A stretch of DNA of 64,000 bases, taken from positions 70,295 to 134,294 of the forward strand of contig JADLCS010000046.1 of NCBI GenBank assembly GCA_020847075.1, given 5' to 3'. Made by a program: the position numbers and the translations under genes. Positions within the stretch are counted from its first letter, which is position 1, and the number at the start of each line of letters is the position of its first letter. The notes below the pieces were generated by a model. The model had not been told where the DNA came from. It did no database searches and saw only the letters and a program-made list of their open reading frames with translations. Of this stretch, positions 25,965 to 35,512 are shown piece after piece. This DNA is from Gammaproteobacteria bacterium. Lineage in GTDB: Bacteria > Pseudomonadota > Gammaproteobacteria > SZUA-140.

Positions 25965-28145
25965 GTGAAGACATCACACATACTTTCGAGCCTGCTTCTG
26001 ATCCTGTCCGTGACCGGATCCGCCCTGGCGGCCGCGCCGCCGCCCACGGCAACGCCGGCGTACGACATCCGCATCCTGATCGATGTCTCGGGCAGCATGA
26101 AGCAGAACGATCCCGCCAATCTGCGTAAACCCGCGCTGCGGCTGTTGACCGGGCTGCTGCCCTCCGGGACACAGGCCGGCGTGTGGACGTTCGGGCGTTA
26201 TGTCAACATGCTGGTCCGCCACGGCGAGGTAAATACGGATTGGCGCGAACGGGCCATGGACGCGGCGGAGCTGATCAACTCGGCGGGGCTGTTCACCGAT
26301 ATCGAGGCGGCCCTCGGTACGGCGAGCTGGAACTGGGCGACCGCCGCGCCCGGCATCCGGCGCAGCGTCATCCTGCTCACCGACGGACTGGTGGACGTCT
26401 CCACGACCCCGGAATCGGACCGGCTGTCCCGCGCGCGCATCACCGACGAGATCCTGCCGCGCCTGCGCGACGCCGGGGTGGAGGTATATACCATCGCCCT
26501 GTCGAACGACGCCGATGAGCCCCTCCTCCGGCAGCTCTCGGCATCCACCGGCGGCTGGTTCGAGCGCGCCGACGATGCGGACGAACTCGAACGGATATTT
26601 CTGCGCATGTTCGAGAAAGCGGCGCAGCCCGACACACTGCCGCTGATCGACAATCAGATCCTGGTCGACGAGAGTATCGAGGAACTCACCCTGCTCGTCT
26701 TCCGCGCGGACGGCGCGCCGGCGACCACATTGACCACGCCCGATGGCGTGACATTCGGCGCGATGCGCCTGCCGCCCAATGTACGCTGGCACAACGAGGC
26801 GCGCTACGATCTGGTCACCGTGGAGAAACCGGCGACCGGCGCCTGGCGCGTCAACGCGGACATCGATCCCGACAACCGCGTGATGGTGGTGAGCAATCTG
26901 CGCGTCGTCGCGACGCAGCTTCCCAACCAGGTCCTGAAGGGAGACGCACAGGACCTCCTGGTCCGCTTCACGGAACAGAACCGGCCCATCACCGACGGGG
27001 AATTCCTGCACTTTCTCCAGGTGAAGGCGCTGGAGAACACCGCGGAGGGAGCAACGTCCGAGCGCTTGCTGCTCGACAACGGTCGCGACGGCGACATCAT
27101 GCCCGGCGACGGGATCTTCGGCACGCGGCTGACGGCGACCGGAGAGACCGGGGCGCACACCGTCATCGTGGACGTCGACGGCACCACCTTCAGGCGCCGG
27201 CACAGACAGGACATCGAGGTCGTGGAGAGTCCGGTCATCGCCGACATCCGCACGGAGGGAAACGGCCCCGCCCTGTTCGTGATCCCGCGCGCCGGCATCA
27301 TCGATCCGGAAACGCTGGAGGCCGCCGCCACGATCACCGGCGACGGGGAACGGGGCGACGTGCTGCCAATGGTTCGCACCAGTCCCGGCGAGTGGCGGCT
27401 CGGACTCGAAGGATATCCGCCGGAAGGCCGTTACCGGATCATCCTCGAGATCGATGCCGAGCGTCCGAACGGAAAACCGATCCATTACCAGGGCGAGCCC
27501 CTGCATTTCGGCCGCCCTGCATCTTCGATCGAAGCGCGCTCGCCCGACGCGGAAGAATCCATCGCCGGCGAGGATCCGGCATCGTCGGAGGAAGAAGCGA
27601 TCGCCGAAGAGGACCCCGCAGGAGAGGACGATGCGGCGAGTGAAGCCCCACCGGCGCGCCTCAACTGGATACTGGTCGTTACGCTCGTGGTCCTGCTGAA
27701 CGCACTCCTCGGCGGCGTCCTGTTCCTGGTCTATCGAAAACTCTTCGGCAACGGCGCGGAATCCGCCCCCGAGGCGACGGCAGACGAAGACGCGCCCTCC
27801 GAACCCGCCGCGGCGCCGGGCGCACCGACCACCGCCTTCGACGACACCCGCCCCTCGGTCGTCTCGCAGATCGCCGAAGCGGCGGCCGCCACGGAGCCCG
27901 GACCCGCGGCGGCGCATGAGGATGCCCCGGCGGAAATGGAAGTGATGGCGCCCGCCCCCCCGGATAGGCCGGACACAACGGATTCCCCGGCGCCCCGTCC
28001 TCCGACGGACGCGTCGGCCCCCGAGCTGGTCATGGAATCCGAAACGCCCGCCCCGGAGACCGGAGAACTCGACGATCGCCTGAAGAACCTCAACGTGGAG
28101 GAGATCGATCTCGGCTTCGAGGAAACGACCCGCCGCGCCGGTTAA
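25965..28145 (+). CDS. VWA-domain type-I membrane protein (signal peptide, MIDAS VWA, beta-rich region, TM, acidic Pro/Ala-rich tail)
   Basis: ORF 25881..28145 has no ATG before the VWA domain. GTG 25965 gives VKTSHILSSLLLILSVTGSALA. MIDAS DVSGS...TD...LLTDG. TM WILVVTLVVLLNALLGGVLFLVY. The start is uncertain. Confidence 0.8.
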   Translation: MKTSHILSSLLLILSVTGSALAAAPPPTATPAYDIRILIDVSGSMKQNDPANLRKPALRLLTGLLPSGTQAGVWTFGRYVNMLVRHGEVNTDWRERAMDAAELINSAGLFTDIEAALGTASWNWATAAPGIRRSVILLTDGLVDVSTTPESDRLSRARITDEILPRLRDAGVEVYTIALSNDADEPLLRQLSASTGGWFERADDADELERIFLRMFEKAAQPDTLPLIDNQILVDESIEELTLLVFRADGAPATTLTTPDGVTFGAMRLPPNVRWHNEARYDLVTVEKPATGAWRVNADIDPDNRVMVVSNLRVVATQLPNQVLKGDAQDLLVRFTEQNRPITDGEFLHFLQVKALENTAEGATSERLLLDNGRDGDIMPGDGIFGTRLTATGETGAHTVIVDVDGTTFRRRHRQDIEVVESPVIADIRTEGNGPALFVIPRAGIIDPETLEAAATITGDGERGDVLPMVRTSPGEWRLGLEGYPPEGRYRIILEIDAERPNGKPIHYQGEPLHFGRPASSIEARSPDAEESIAGEDPASSEEEAIAEEDPAGEDDAASEAPPARLNWILVVTLVVLLNALLGGVLFLVYRKLFGNGAESAPEATADEDAPSEPAAAPGAPTTAFDDTRPSVVSQIAEAAAATEPGPAAAHEDAPAEMEVMAPAPPDRPDTTDSPAPRPPTDASAPELVMESETPAPETGELDDRLKNLNVEEIDLGFEETTRRAG

Positions 28146-28217
28146 CCCCCCGGCCGGAGCAGGCGGGCGGAAGGCGACCGACGGCCGCCTTCCCGCTGCG
28201 CCGGATGCGTCCCGCGG

Positions 28218-28820
28218 CTACAGCTCCGCCGCTTCCTCGGCCAGATACTCGGCCACGCCGCTGGTCGAGGCCTTCATGCCCTTCTTGCCTTCCTGCCAGC
28301 CGGCAGGGCAGACCTCGCCGTGCTTCTCCGTGAACTGCAGGGCGTCGACCATGCGCAGCATCTCGTCGATGTTGCGGCCGAGCGGCAGATCGTTCACTAC
28401 CTGGTGACGCACGATGCCTTCCTTGTCGATCAGGAAGGAGCCGCGCAGCGCGACGGCATCGTTCACCAGCACGTCGTAGTCCCGGGCGATGCCCTTGGTG
28501 AGATCGGCGACGAGCGGATACTGCACATTGCCGATACCGCCCTTGTTGACCGGGGTATTCTTCCAGGCCAGATGGGTGAAATGGGAGTCCACCGAACAGC
28601 CGATGACCTGGACGTTGCGCTTCTGGAACTTATCCAGGCGATGATCGAAGGCGATCAGCTCGGACGGGCACACGAAGGTGAAATCGAGCGGATAGAAAAA
28701 CAGCACCACGTACTTGCCGCGGTAATGCGACAGCTTGAAACTCTCATTGAAGCTGTTGTCCGGCATCACGGCGGTCGCGGTAAAATCCGGCGCCGGCTTC
28801 GCCACCAATACGGTCATCAC
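28218..28820 (-). CDS. Typical 2-Cys peroxiredoxin (AhpC/Prx1 subfamily)
   Basis: 200 aa. Peroxidatic motif FYPLDFTFVCPSE and resolving GEVCPAGW. Confidence 0.92.
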   Translation of the reverse strand: MMTVLVAKPAPDFTATAVMPDNSFNESFKLSHYRGKYVVLFFYPLDFTFVCPSELIAFDHRLDKFQKRNVQVIGCSVDSHFTHLAWKNTPVNKGGIGNVQYPLVADLTKGIARDYDVLVNDAVALRGSFLIDKEGIVRHQVVNDLPLGRNIDEMLRMVDALQFTEKHGEVCPAGWQEGKKGMKASTSGVAEYLAEEAAEL

Positions 28821-29021
28821 ATATCTCCTTAAGTAACTGTCTTTCGAATGATTTCTGATGAAATAGCAGTGCTGAGAACAAGTCTCATTTAGTCTAACGA
28901 TTTCCGGGAGGCTTGCAAGTACCCGCTCGTTACGCCGAACATAATACTAAAGTAGCGCTGTGGATAAACCACTTCTAAACAGAAATCCCGGAACGGAAGC
29001 GAGCGAGGCCCCCATCGCATC

Positions 29022-30395
29022 ATGACACCAGCCATGGAACCGGCGGCGGACAATGCCGTCATCGCCGCACGCGACCTCGCCGTCCTGTGGCACCCCTGCA
29101 CCCAGATGAAAGACCACGAGACGCTGCCGCCCGTCCCGATCCGGCGCGGCACCGGGGTCTGGCTGGAGGATTTCGAGGGCCGGCGTTATCTGGATGCGAT
29201 CAGCTCCTGGTGGGTCAATCTGTTCGGCCATGCCAATCCGCGCATCAACGCCGCGCTGCGGGACCAGCTCGACGCACTCGAACACGTGATGCTGGCCGGA
29301 TTCACCCACCTGCCCGCGCTGGAACTGGCCGAACGCCTGGTGCGCATCGCCCCGCCCGGACTGTCGCGCGCCTTCTACGCCGACAACGGTTCCTCCGCGG
29401 TGGAGGTCGCGCTGAAGATGAGCTTCCACTACTGGCGCAATCTCGGCCGCGAGAAGAAAACTAAATTCATAACCCTGACAAACAGTTACCATGGAGAAAC
29501 CCTGGGCGCGCTGGCCGTGGGCGACCTCCCCCTGTACAAGAACACCTACCACCCGCTGCTGATGACGTCCCTCCCGGTGCCGTCGCCGGACTGTTTCCTG
29601 CGCGAACCCGGCCAGAGCTGGGCGGAACACTCGATGCAGCGCTTCGACGCGATGCGCGAGGCCCTGGACCGCCACCACGAAGAGGTCTGCGCCGTGATCG
29701 TCGAACCGCTGGTGCAATGCGCGGGATCGATGCGCATGTACGATCCGGTCTATCTCGCCCGGCTGCGCACCGCCTGCGACGAGTACGGCGTGCATCTCAT
29801 CGCCGACGAGATCGCCGTCGGCTTCGGCCGCACCGGCACGATGTTCGCCTGCGAGCAGGCCGGCATCGGCCCGGATTTTCTCTGTCTTTCCAAGGGGTTG
29901 ACAGGCGGTTACCTACCGCTTTCCGTCGTGCTCACGCGCGAAGAGGTCTATCACGCCTTCTACGACGACTACCCGCGCATGACGGCCTTTCTCCATTCCC
30001 ACAGCTATACCGGCAATCCGCTCGCCTGCCGGGCGGCGCTCGCCACCCTGGACATCTTCGAGCAGGATCGCGTCATCGAGCGCAATACCGCCCTGGCGGG
30101 GGCGCTCGCCGCGGCCGGCGCGCGCTTCGCGGACCACCCCCATGTGGCCGAGGTGCGCCAGCGCGGCATGATCCTGGCGATCGAGATGGTCAAGGACCGG
30201 CGGACCCGGGAGCCCTATCCGTGGCAGGAGCGGCGCGGACGGCGCGTCCATCGCCATGCCCTGGAACGCGGCGTGTTGCTGCGGCCGCTTGGCGACGTGA
30301 TCTATTTCATGCCGCCTTATGTGATCACCCCGGAGGAGATCGAATACCTGGCCCAGGTGGCCTGGGACGGTCTCGTCGCCGCCACCCAGGACTGA
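29022..30395 (+). CDS. bioA: Adenosylmethionine-8-amino-7-oxononanoate aminotransferase
   Basis: 457 aa. LWHPCTQM, SSWWVNLFGHANP and the PLP-Lys context FLCLSKGLTGGYLPLS. Confidence 0.9.
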   Translation: MTPAMEPAADNAVIAARDLAVLWHPCTQMKDHETLPPVPIRRGTGVWLEDFEGRRYLDAISSWWVNLFGHANPRINAALRDQLDALEHVMLAGFTHLPALELAERLVRIAPPGLSRAFYADNGSSAVEVALKMSFHYWRNLGREKKTKFITLTNSYHGETLGALAVGDLPLYKNTYHPLLMTSLPVPSPDCFLREPGQSWAEHSMQRFDAMREALDRHHEEVCAVIVEPLVQCAGSMRMYDPVYLARLRTACDEYGVHLIADEIAVGFGRTGTMFACEQAGIGPDFLCLSKGLTGGYLPLSVVLTREEVYHAFYDDYPRMTAFLHSHSYTGNPLACRAALATLDIFEQDRVIERNTALAGALAAAGARFADHPHVAEVRQRGMILAIEMVKDRRTREPYPWQERRGRRVHRHALERGVLLRPLGDVIYFMPPYVITPEEIEYLAQVAWDGLVAATQD

Positions 30396-30399
30396 AGGC

Positions 30400-31143
30400 A
30401 TGCGCGTCCCCCGCCTCTTCCTGGCCCGCCCGCTCGCCGTCGGCGCCCGCGTGACGCTGGAGGAGGCCGCCTCCAATCACCTGCTGCGCGTGCTGCGACT
30501 GAAACCCGGGGCCCCCTTGCGTCTCTTCAACGGCGCGGGCGGGGAATACGAGGCCACGCTGGACGCGGTCGAGCGGGGCACGGCGATCGTCACGCTGGGC
30601 GCCTTCGTCGACGTCAGCCGCGAATCGCCCCTCGCCATCACGCTGGCGCAGGGCATCTCGCGCGGTGAACGCATGGACTACACCCTGCAGAAATCGGTGG
30701 AGCTCGGGGTCGCGCGCATCCTCCCGCTGGAGACCGAATTCGGCCAGGTGCGGCTGGAAGGGGAGCGCCGGGAACGCCGATACCGGCACTGGGAGGGGGT
30801 GATCGCGGGGGCCAGCGAACAGTCCGGGCGCACCCGCCCGCCGGAACTCCTGCCCATCACGACGCTGGACCGGTGGCTGGCGGCCGCCCCCGCGTCCGGG
30901 GAGGGGCTGCGGCTGGCGCTGGACCCCGCGGCCGAGACCACCCTGGGCGGGTTGCAACTTCCCCCGGCCGGGGGAGTCACACTGCTGATCGGCCCGGAAG
31001 GCGGACTCAGCGACCGGGAGATCGGACAGGCGCGGCGAACCGGGTTCATCGGCCTGCGCCTCGGTCCGCGCATCCTGCGCACGGAGACGGCCGGGATCGC
31101 GGCCCTCGCCGCGCTGCAGGTCCTGCGGGGCGATCTCGGCTAA
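30400..31143 (+). CDS. rsmE: 16S rRNA (uracil1498-N3)-methyltransferase
   Basis: 247 aa. MRVPRLF...HLLRVLRL and C-terminal LLIGPEGGLSDREI...LGPRILRTETA. Confidence 0.88.
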   Translation: MRVPRLFLARPLAVGARVTLEEAASNHLLRVLRLKPGAPLRLFNGAGGEYEATLDAVERGTAIVTLGAFVDVSRESPLAITLAQGISRGERMDYTLQKSVELGVARILPLETEFGQVRLEGERRERRYRHWEGVIAGASEQSGRTRPPELLPITTLDRWLAAAPASGEGLRLALDPAAETTLGGLQLPPAGGVTLLIGPEGGLSDREIGQARRTGFIGLRLGPRILRTETAGIAALAALQVLRGDLG

Positions 31144-31231
31144 GCCCGGGCGCCGCGCCAGGATCCTAACCCGCTATTTTCAAAGAGGGTTTTAAGTTAC
31201 CATAGTCGATCCACAGGGTAGCAGGGAACTC

Positions 31232-32551
31232 ATGTCCATCCAGCATCTTCAACCCGTACCCCATCTCACCACGGTCCAGAACGGGCCGTTGCTGCTGATC
31301 GAAAAACACCTGCTCGACCAGCAGACCGAGATCGAATCCTGGTTCCGCCAGGAATGGAAGAAGACCGCGGCGCCGTTCTACGCCTCGGTCGACCTGCGCA
31401 ATGCCGGCTTCAAGCTGGCCCCGGTCGACACCAATCTGTTTCCCGCCGGCTTCAACAACCTCAATCCGGCCTTCATCCCGCTCTGCGTGCAGGCCATGCA
31501 GTCGGCGATCGAGCGCGTCTGCCCCAGCGCCAACCGCATCATCCTCGTGCCGGAGAGCCACACGCGCAACCCGTATTATCTGGAGAGCCTGGCCACCCTG
31601 CAGGACATCATCACCAAGTCCGGCTTCGAGACCCGCATCGGCTCCCTGCTGGAAGACCTGGACGGGCCGCAGGAGGTCGAACTGCCGTCCGGCCGCCGCC
31701 TGCGGCTGGAACCGCTGCAGCGCAGCGGCGACCAGGTCCATCTCGGCGGCTTCACCCCCTGCATGGTGCTGCTCAACAACGACCTCTCTTCCGGGCATCC
31801 GCCGATCCTGGAAGGCCTGCGACAGCCGGTGATCCCGCCTCTGCAGCTCGGCTGGTCCAACCGCCTCAAGTCGCAGCACTTCGCATACTACAAGACCGTC
31901 GCGGAGGAATTCGCCGCCATCATGGGGCTCGACCCCTGGCTGATCACCCCCCTGCATCTCAAGTGCGGCGAGATCAACTTCATGAAGCGCGAGGGGGAGG
32001 AGTGCCTGGCGCGCAACGTCGAATCGCTGCTCGACGCGATCCGGCGCAAATACGACGAGTACGGGGTGAAGGAACCGCCCTTCGTGATGGTGAAGGCCGA
32101 TGCCGGGACCTACGGCATGGGCATCATGACGGTGCACTCCCCGGACGATGTGCGCGACCTCAACCGCAAGGACCGCACCCGCATGGCGGCGACCAAGGGC
32201 GGCGCCGAGACGACCAAGGTCATCGTGCAGGAGGGCGTGTACACCTTCGAGACCTGGGGCGAGGGCCAGGCGGTGAGCGAACCGGTGGTCTACATGATCG
32301 ATCACTTCGTGGTCGGCGGCTTCTACCGCGTGCACACGCGGCGCGGCGCCAACGAGAATCTCAACTCGCCCGGCATGCACTTCGAACCGCTCGCCTTCGC
32401 CAACTGCTGCACCATGCCCGAGCGCAGCCTGGCGCCGGACGCGCACCCGAACCGATTCTATGCCTACGGCGTGATCGCCCGGCTGGCCCTGCTCGCCGCC
32501 GCGCGCGAGAAGGCGGCGCTGGCCGAGGGAGATCCCCTCGACTATCCATGA
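31232..32551 (+). CDS. gshA: Glutamate-cysteine ligase (proteobacterial 'T. ferrooxidans-type' family)
   Basis: 439 aa. N-terminus ...FYASVDLRNAGFKLAPVDTNLFPAGFNNL. Sits immediately upstream of gshB. Confidence 0.75.
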   Translation: MSIQHLQPVPHLTTVQNGPLLLIEKHLLDQQTEIESWFRQEWKKTAAPFYASVDLRNAGFKLAPVDTNLFPAGFNNLNPAFIPLCVQAMQSAIERVCPSANRIILVPESHTRNPYYLESLATLQDIITKSGFETRIGSLLEDLDGPQEVELPSGRRLRLEPLQRSGDQVHLGGFTPCMVLLNNDLSSGHPPILEGLRQPVIPPLQLGWSNRLKSQHFAYYKTVAEEFAAIMGLDPWLITPLHLKCGEINFMKREGEECLARNVESLLDAIRRKYDEYGVKEPPFVMVKADAGTYGMGIMTVHSPDDVRDLNRKDRTRMAATKGGAETTKVIVQEGVYTFETWGEGQAVSEPVVYMIDHFVVGGFYRVHTRRGANENLNSPGMHFEPLAFANCCTMPERSLAPDAHPNRFYAYGVIARLALLAAAREKAALAEGDPLDYP

Positions 32552-32585
32552 TGATGACCGCAACCCACCCGTATCCCGCGCGCCC

Positions 32586-33530
32586 ATGATCGCGCTCGGC
32601 GTCGTGATGGACCCCATCGCCGCGATCAAACCCGGCAAGGACAGCACCCTCGCCATGCTGCTGGAGGCGCAGGCGCGCGGCTGGCCGCTCTGGTACATGG
32701 AACAGGGCGACCTCTACCTGCGCGACGCCCGCCCGCGCGCGCGCATGCGGGCGCTCGCCGTGCGCGACGACAAGCGCGACTGGTTCACCCTGGGCGGGGA
32801 ACACGACGCCGCGCTGGACGAACTCGGCGTCGTGCTGATGCGCAAGGACCCGCCGTTCGATATCGAATACATCTACACCACCTATCTGCTGGAGCTGGCC
32901 GAGGCGGCCGGCGTCCTGGTGGTCAATCGCCCGCAGGGGCTGCGCAACACCAATGAAAAGCTCTCCATCGCCTGGTTCCCACAGTGCAGCGCGCCGTCAC
33001 TGGTCACCAGCGACGGCGCGCGCCTGCGTGCCTTCCTGCAGGAACAGCGCGATATCATCGTCAAGCCGCTGGAGGCGATGGGGGGCGAATCCGTCTTCCG
33101 CGTCACCCCCGAGGACCCGAACCTCAACGTGATCTTCGAGGTGATGACCCGGCACGGCACCCGGCTGACCATGGCGCAGCGTTATCTGCCCGAGATCACG
33201 CAGGGCGACAAGCGCATCCTGATGGTCGACGGCGAGCCGGTGCCCTACGCGCTGGCCCGCATCCCGGCCCCGGGGGAGACGCGCGCCAATCTCGCCGCCG
33301 GCGGACAGGGGGTCGGCGTGCCGCTCAGCGAGCGCGACCGCTGGATCTGCGCGCAGGTCGGTCCGGAACTGAAACGGCGCGGCCTGATGTTCGTCGGACT
33401 GGACGTGATCGGCGATTATCTGACCGAGATCAACGTCACCAGTCCGACCTGCATCCGCGAGCTCGACGCCCAGTTCGGCCTCAACATCAGCGCGCTGCTG
33501 ATGGACAGGATCGCGGCCAGGCTGTCATGA
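32586..33530 (+). CDS. gshB: Glutathione synthetase
   Basis: 314 aa. MDPIAAIKPGKDSTLAMLLEAQARGW, an ATP-grasp body, GDKRILMVDGEP and EINVTSPT. Confidence 0.92.
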   Translation: MIALGVVMDPIAAIKPGKDSTLAMLLEAQARGWPLWYMEQGDLYLRDARPRARMRALAVRDDKRDWFTLGGEHDAALDELGVVLMRKDPPFDIEYIYTTYLLELAEAAGVLVVNRPQGLRNTNEKLSIAWFPQCSAPSLVTSDGARLRAFLQEQRDIIVKPLEAMGGESVFRVTPEDPNLNVIFEVMTRHGTRLTMAQRYLPEITQGDKRILMVDGEPVPYALARIPAPGETRANLAAGGQGVGVPLSERDRWICAQVGPELKRRGLMFVGLDVIGDYLTEINVTSPTCIRELDAQFGLNISALLMDRIAARLS

Positions 33531-34591
33531 AGCGCCCGTCCGTAGCCTGCGCGCTGGTGTCCGGCCTGCTGCTGGCGCTGGCCGGTTGCGGCGGACACAA
33601 ACCCGAGGTCTACAAGACGCAGTTGATGACGCTCGGCACCATCGTCGACATCAGCCTGTGGGACGTCGACGAGGCCAGGGCCCAGCAGGCGGTCAAGGCG
33701 GTCGAGGACGTGCTGAACGGGATCCACGTCCACTGGCATGCCTGGGAGCCGGGCCCGCCGGGCCAGCCGAACCTGACCGACCTCAACGCCCGGCTCGCGG
33801 CCGGCGAGACCGCGACGGTCGGCGCCGAGGACGTGGCCGTCCTGCGCCGGACCCAGGAACTCGCGCGCGCGGGCGATCAACTGTTCAACCCGGCCATCGG
33901 CCGGTTGATCGAACTGTGGGGCTTTCACAGCGATGATCCTCCGCTCGGACCGCCGCCCGCCCCCGAGGAGATCCGCCGCCTGGTCGAGGCCCACCCCACC
34001 ATGGACGACCTGGTGATCGAGGATGACCGGGTGAGCAGCCGCAACCCTCAGGTGCAGCTCGACGTGGGCGGATCGGCCAAGGGCTACGCCGTCGACCGGG
34101 CGATCGACGCCCTGCGCGCCCTCGGCATCGACAACGCCATCGTCAACGCCGGCGGCGGACTGCACGCCATCGGCGCCCACGGCGACCGTCCCTGGCGCGT
34201 CGGCATCCGCAACCCCGCGCAGCCCGGCATCATCGCCTCGCTGGAGATGCGCGCCGACGAGAGCGTACATACGTCCGGCAACTACGAACGCTTCTTCGAT
34301 TACCAGGGCAAGCGCTACCACCATATCCTCGACCCGCGCACCGGCTATCCCGCCGAGGGGGTATTGTCGGTCACCGTGGTGACGCCCGACGGAACCCTCG
34401 CCGATGCCGCCGACGACGCGCTGTTCATCGCCGGCGTGTCCGGCTGGAAGGAGATCGCGCGCCGCATGGGCGTGACTCAGGTGATGCTCATCGACGCCGA
34501 TATGACTGTGCACATGACCCCGCAAATGGCCGAACGTCTGCGCATGGAAATCGATCCGCCCCCGAAGATCGTCGTGGAAGCCCTCGAATGA
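33527..34591 (+). CDS. apbE: FAD:protein FMN transferase (ApbE), lipoprotein
   Basis: Within ORF 32984..34591. The ATG at 33527 overlaps the gshB stop (ATGA). Lipobox LLLALAG|C. ApbE motifs LDVGGSAKGYAVD, INAGGG, SGNYERFF...YHHILDPRTG. Confidence 0.88.
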   Translation: MKRPSVACALVSGLLLALAGCGGHKPEVYKTQLMTLGTIVDISLWDVDEARAQQAVKAVEDVLNGIHVHWHAWEPGPPGQPNLTDLNARLAAGETATVGAEDVAVLRRTQELARAGDQLFNPAIGRLIELWGFHSDDPPLGPPPAPEEIRRLVEAHPTMDDLVIEDDRVSSRNPQVQLDVGGSAKGYAVDRAIDALRALGIDNAIVNAGGGLHAIGAHGDRPWRVGIRNPAQPGIIASLEMRADESVHTSGNYERFFDYQGKRYHHILDPRTGYPAEGVLSVTVVTPDGTLADAADDALFIAGVSGWKEIARRMGVTQVMLIDADMTVHMTPQMAERLRMEIDPPPKIVVEALE

Positions 34592-34947
34592 CCCGGGCGG
34601 ATTATTTCGTGTTGGCCGGGGCCCTGCTGCTGCTGCCCTGGCTGTATGCCAGCTACTGGCATCGGGGCGGGGTCGGAGAGGAGGTGCGTATCGTCGGGGC
34701 CGACGGCAGGGAGATCCTCGCGTCCCTGCGCAAGGATCGCGAGATCCGTATCGAGGGGCCGCTCGGAACCAGCGTGATCGAGATCCACGACGGCAAGGCG
34801 CGCTTCGTCTCCTCCCCCTGCCACGGCCAGTTGTGCGTGCATGCCGGCTGGCTCCACCTGGGCGGAGAATTCACCGCCTGCCTGCCCAACCGCGTCAGCC
34901 TGGCGGTGGTCGGACCGGAGCTGCGCTACGACACCATCAATTTCTGA
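34588..34947 (+). CDS. NusG domain II-containing protein
   Basis: 119 aa. N-terminal TM and a NusG-II-type signature (VIEIHDGKARFVSSPCHGQLCVHAGWL...FTACLPNRVSLAV). ATGA overlap with apbE. Confidence 0.75.
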   Translation: MTRADYFVLAGALLLLPWLYASYWHRGGVGEEVRIVGADGREILASLRKDREIRIEGPLGTSVIEIHDGKARFVSSPCHGQLCVHAGWLHLGGEFTACLPNRVSLAVVGPELRYDTINF

Positions 34948-34954
34948 CGCGGCC

Positions 34955-35512
34955 ATGCGAAACGACACCGGAGCGCACACCCTTTCGTTCACCGCCACGC
35001 GGGAAGACTACCGCATCGCCTGGCTGGCCGCGCTCGCCATCACCATCCACATCGCCGAGAGCATGCTGCCGAGCCCGCTGCCCGGGATCAAACCCGGGCT
35101 CGCCAATGTCGTCACCATCGCCGCCCTGCTCCTGTACGGCTGGCGCGCGGCCGTGTGGGTATCCCTGCTGCGCGTGGTGGTCGGCAGCCTGTTGATCGGC
35201 ACCTTCCTCACGCCGACCTTCGTGCTGAGCTTCTCCGGGGCGCTGGCGTCCCTCGCCGTCATCGGCTTGGGAAGCCTGTTGCCGGGGCGTGGGCTCGGTC
35301 CGGTCGGCTATTGCCTGCTCGCCTCGATGGCGCACATCGCCGCGCAGTTCTATGTCGCCTACCGCCTGTTCATCCCGCACGAGGCGCTGTTCGGCCTGCT
35401 GCCGGTGCTGATGACCGCGGGGGTCGGCTTCGGGCTGGCGAGCGGTCTCCTGGTCCGGGCCATGATGGCCCACTTCAAGTCCGATGCCGGCCCTGGCGCT
35501 CCCACCGCCTGA
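34955..35512 (+). CDS. Gx transporter family membrane protein (heptaprenyl-diphosphate-synthase component I-like)
   Basis: ATG at 34955 within ORF 34841..35512. HIAESMLPSPLPGIKPGLANVVTIAAL followed by 4-5 TM helices. Confidence 0.7.
   Translation: MRNDTGAHTLSFTATREDYRIAWLAALAITIHIAESMLPSPLPGIKPGLANVVTIAALLLYGWRAAVWVSLLRVVVGSLLIGTFLTPTFVLSFSGALASLAVIGLGSLLPGRGLGPVGYCLLASMAHIAAQFYVAYRLFIPHEALFGLLPVLMTAGVGFGLASGLLVRAMMAHFKSDAGPGAPTA

Noticed and set aside
28821-29021. BirA operator (bioO-like TTGTAAACC inverted repeat) upstream of bioA, given that BirA here has an HTH domain.
   Set aside because: Only a weak imperfect repeat around ctgtggataaaccacttctaaacag. The half-sites do not match each other or the E. 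coli bioO half-site convincingly.
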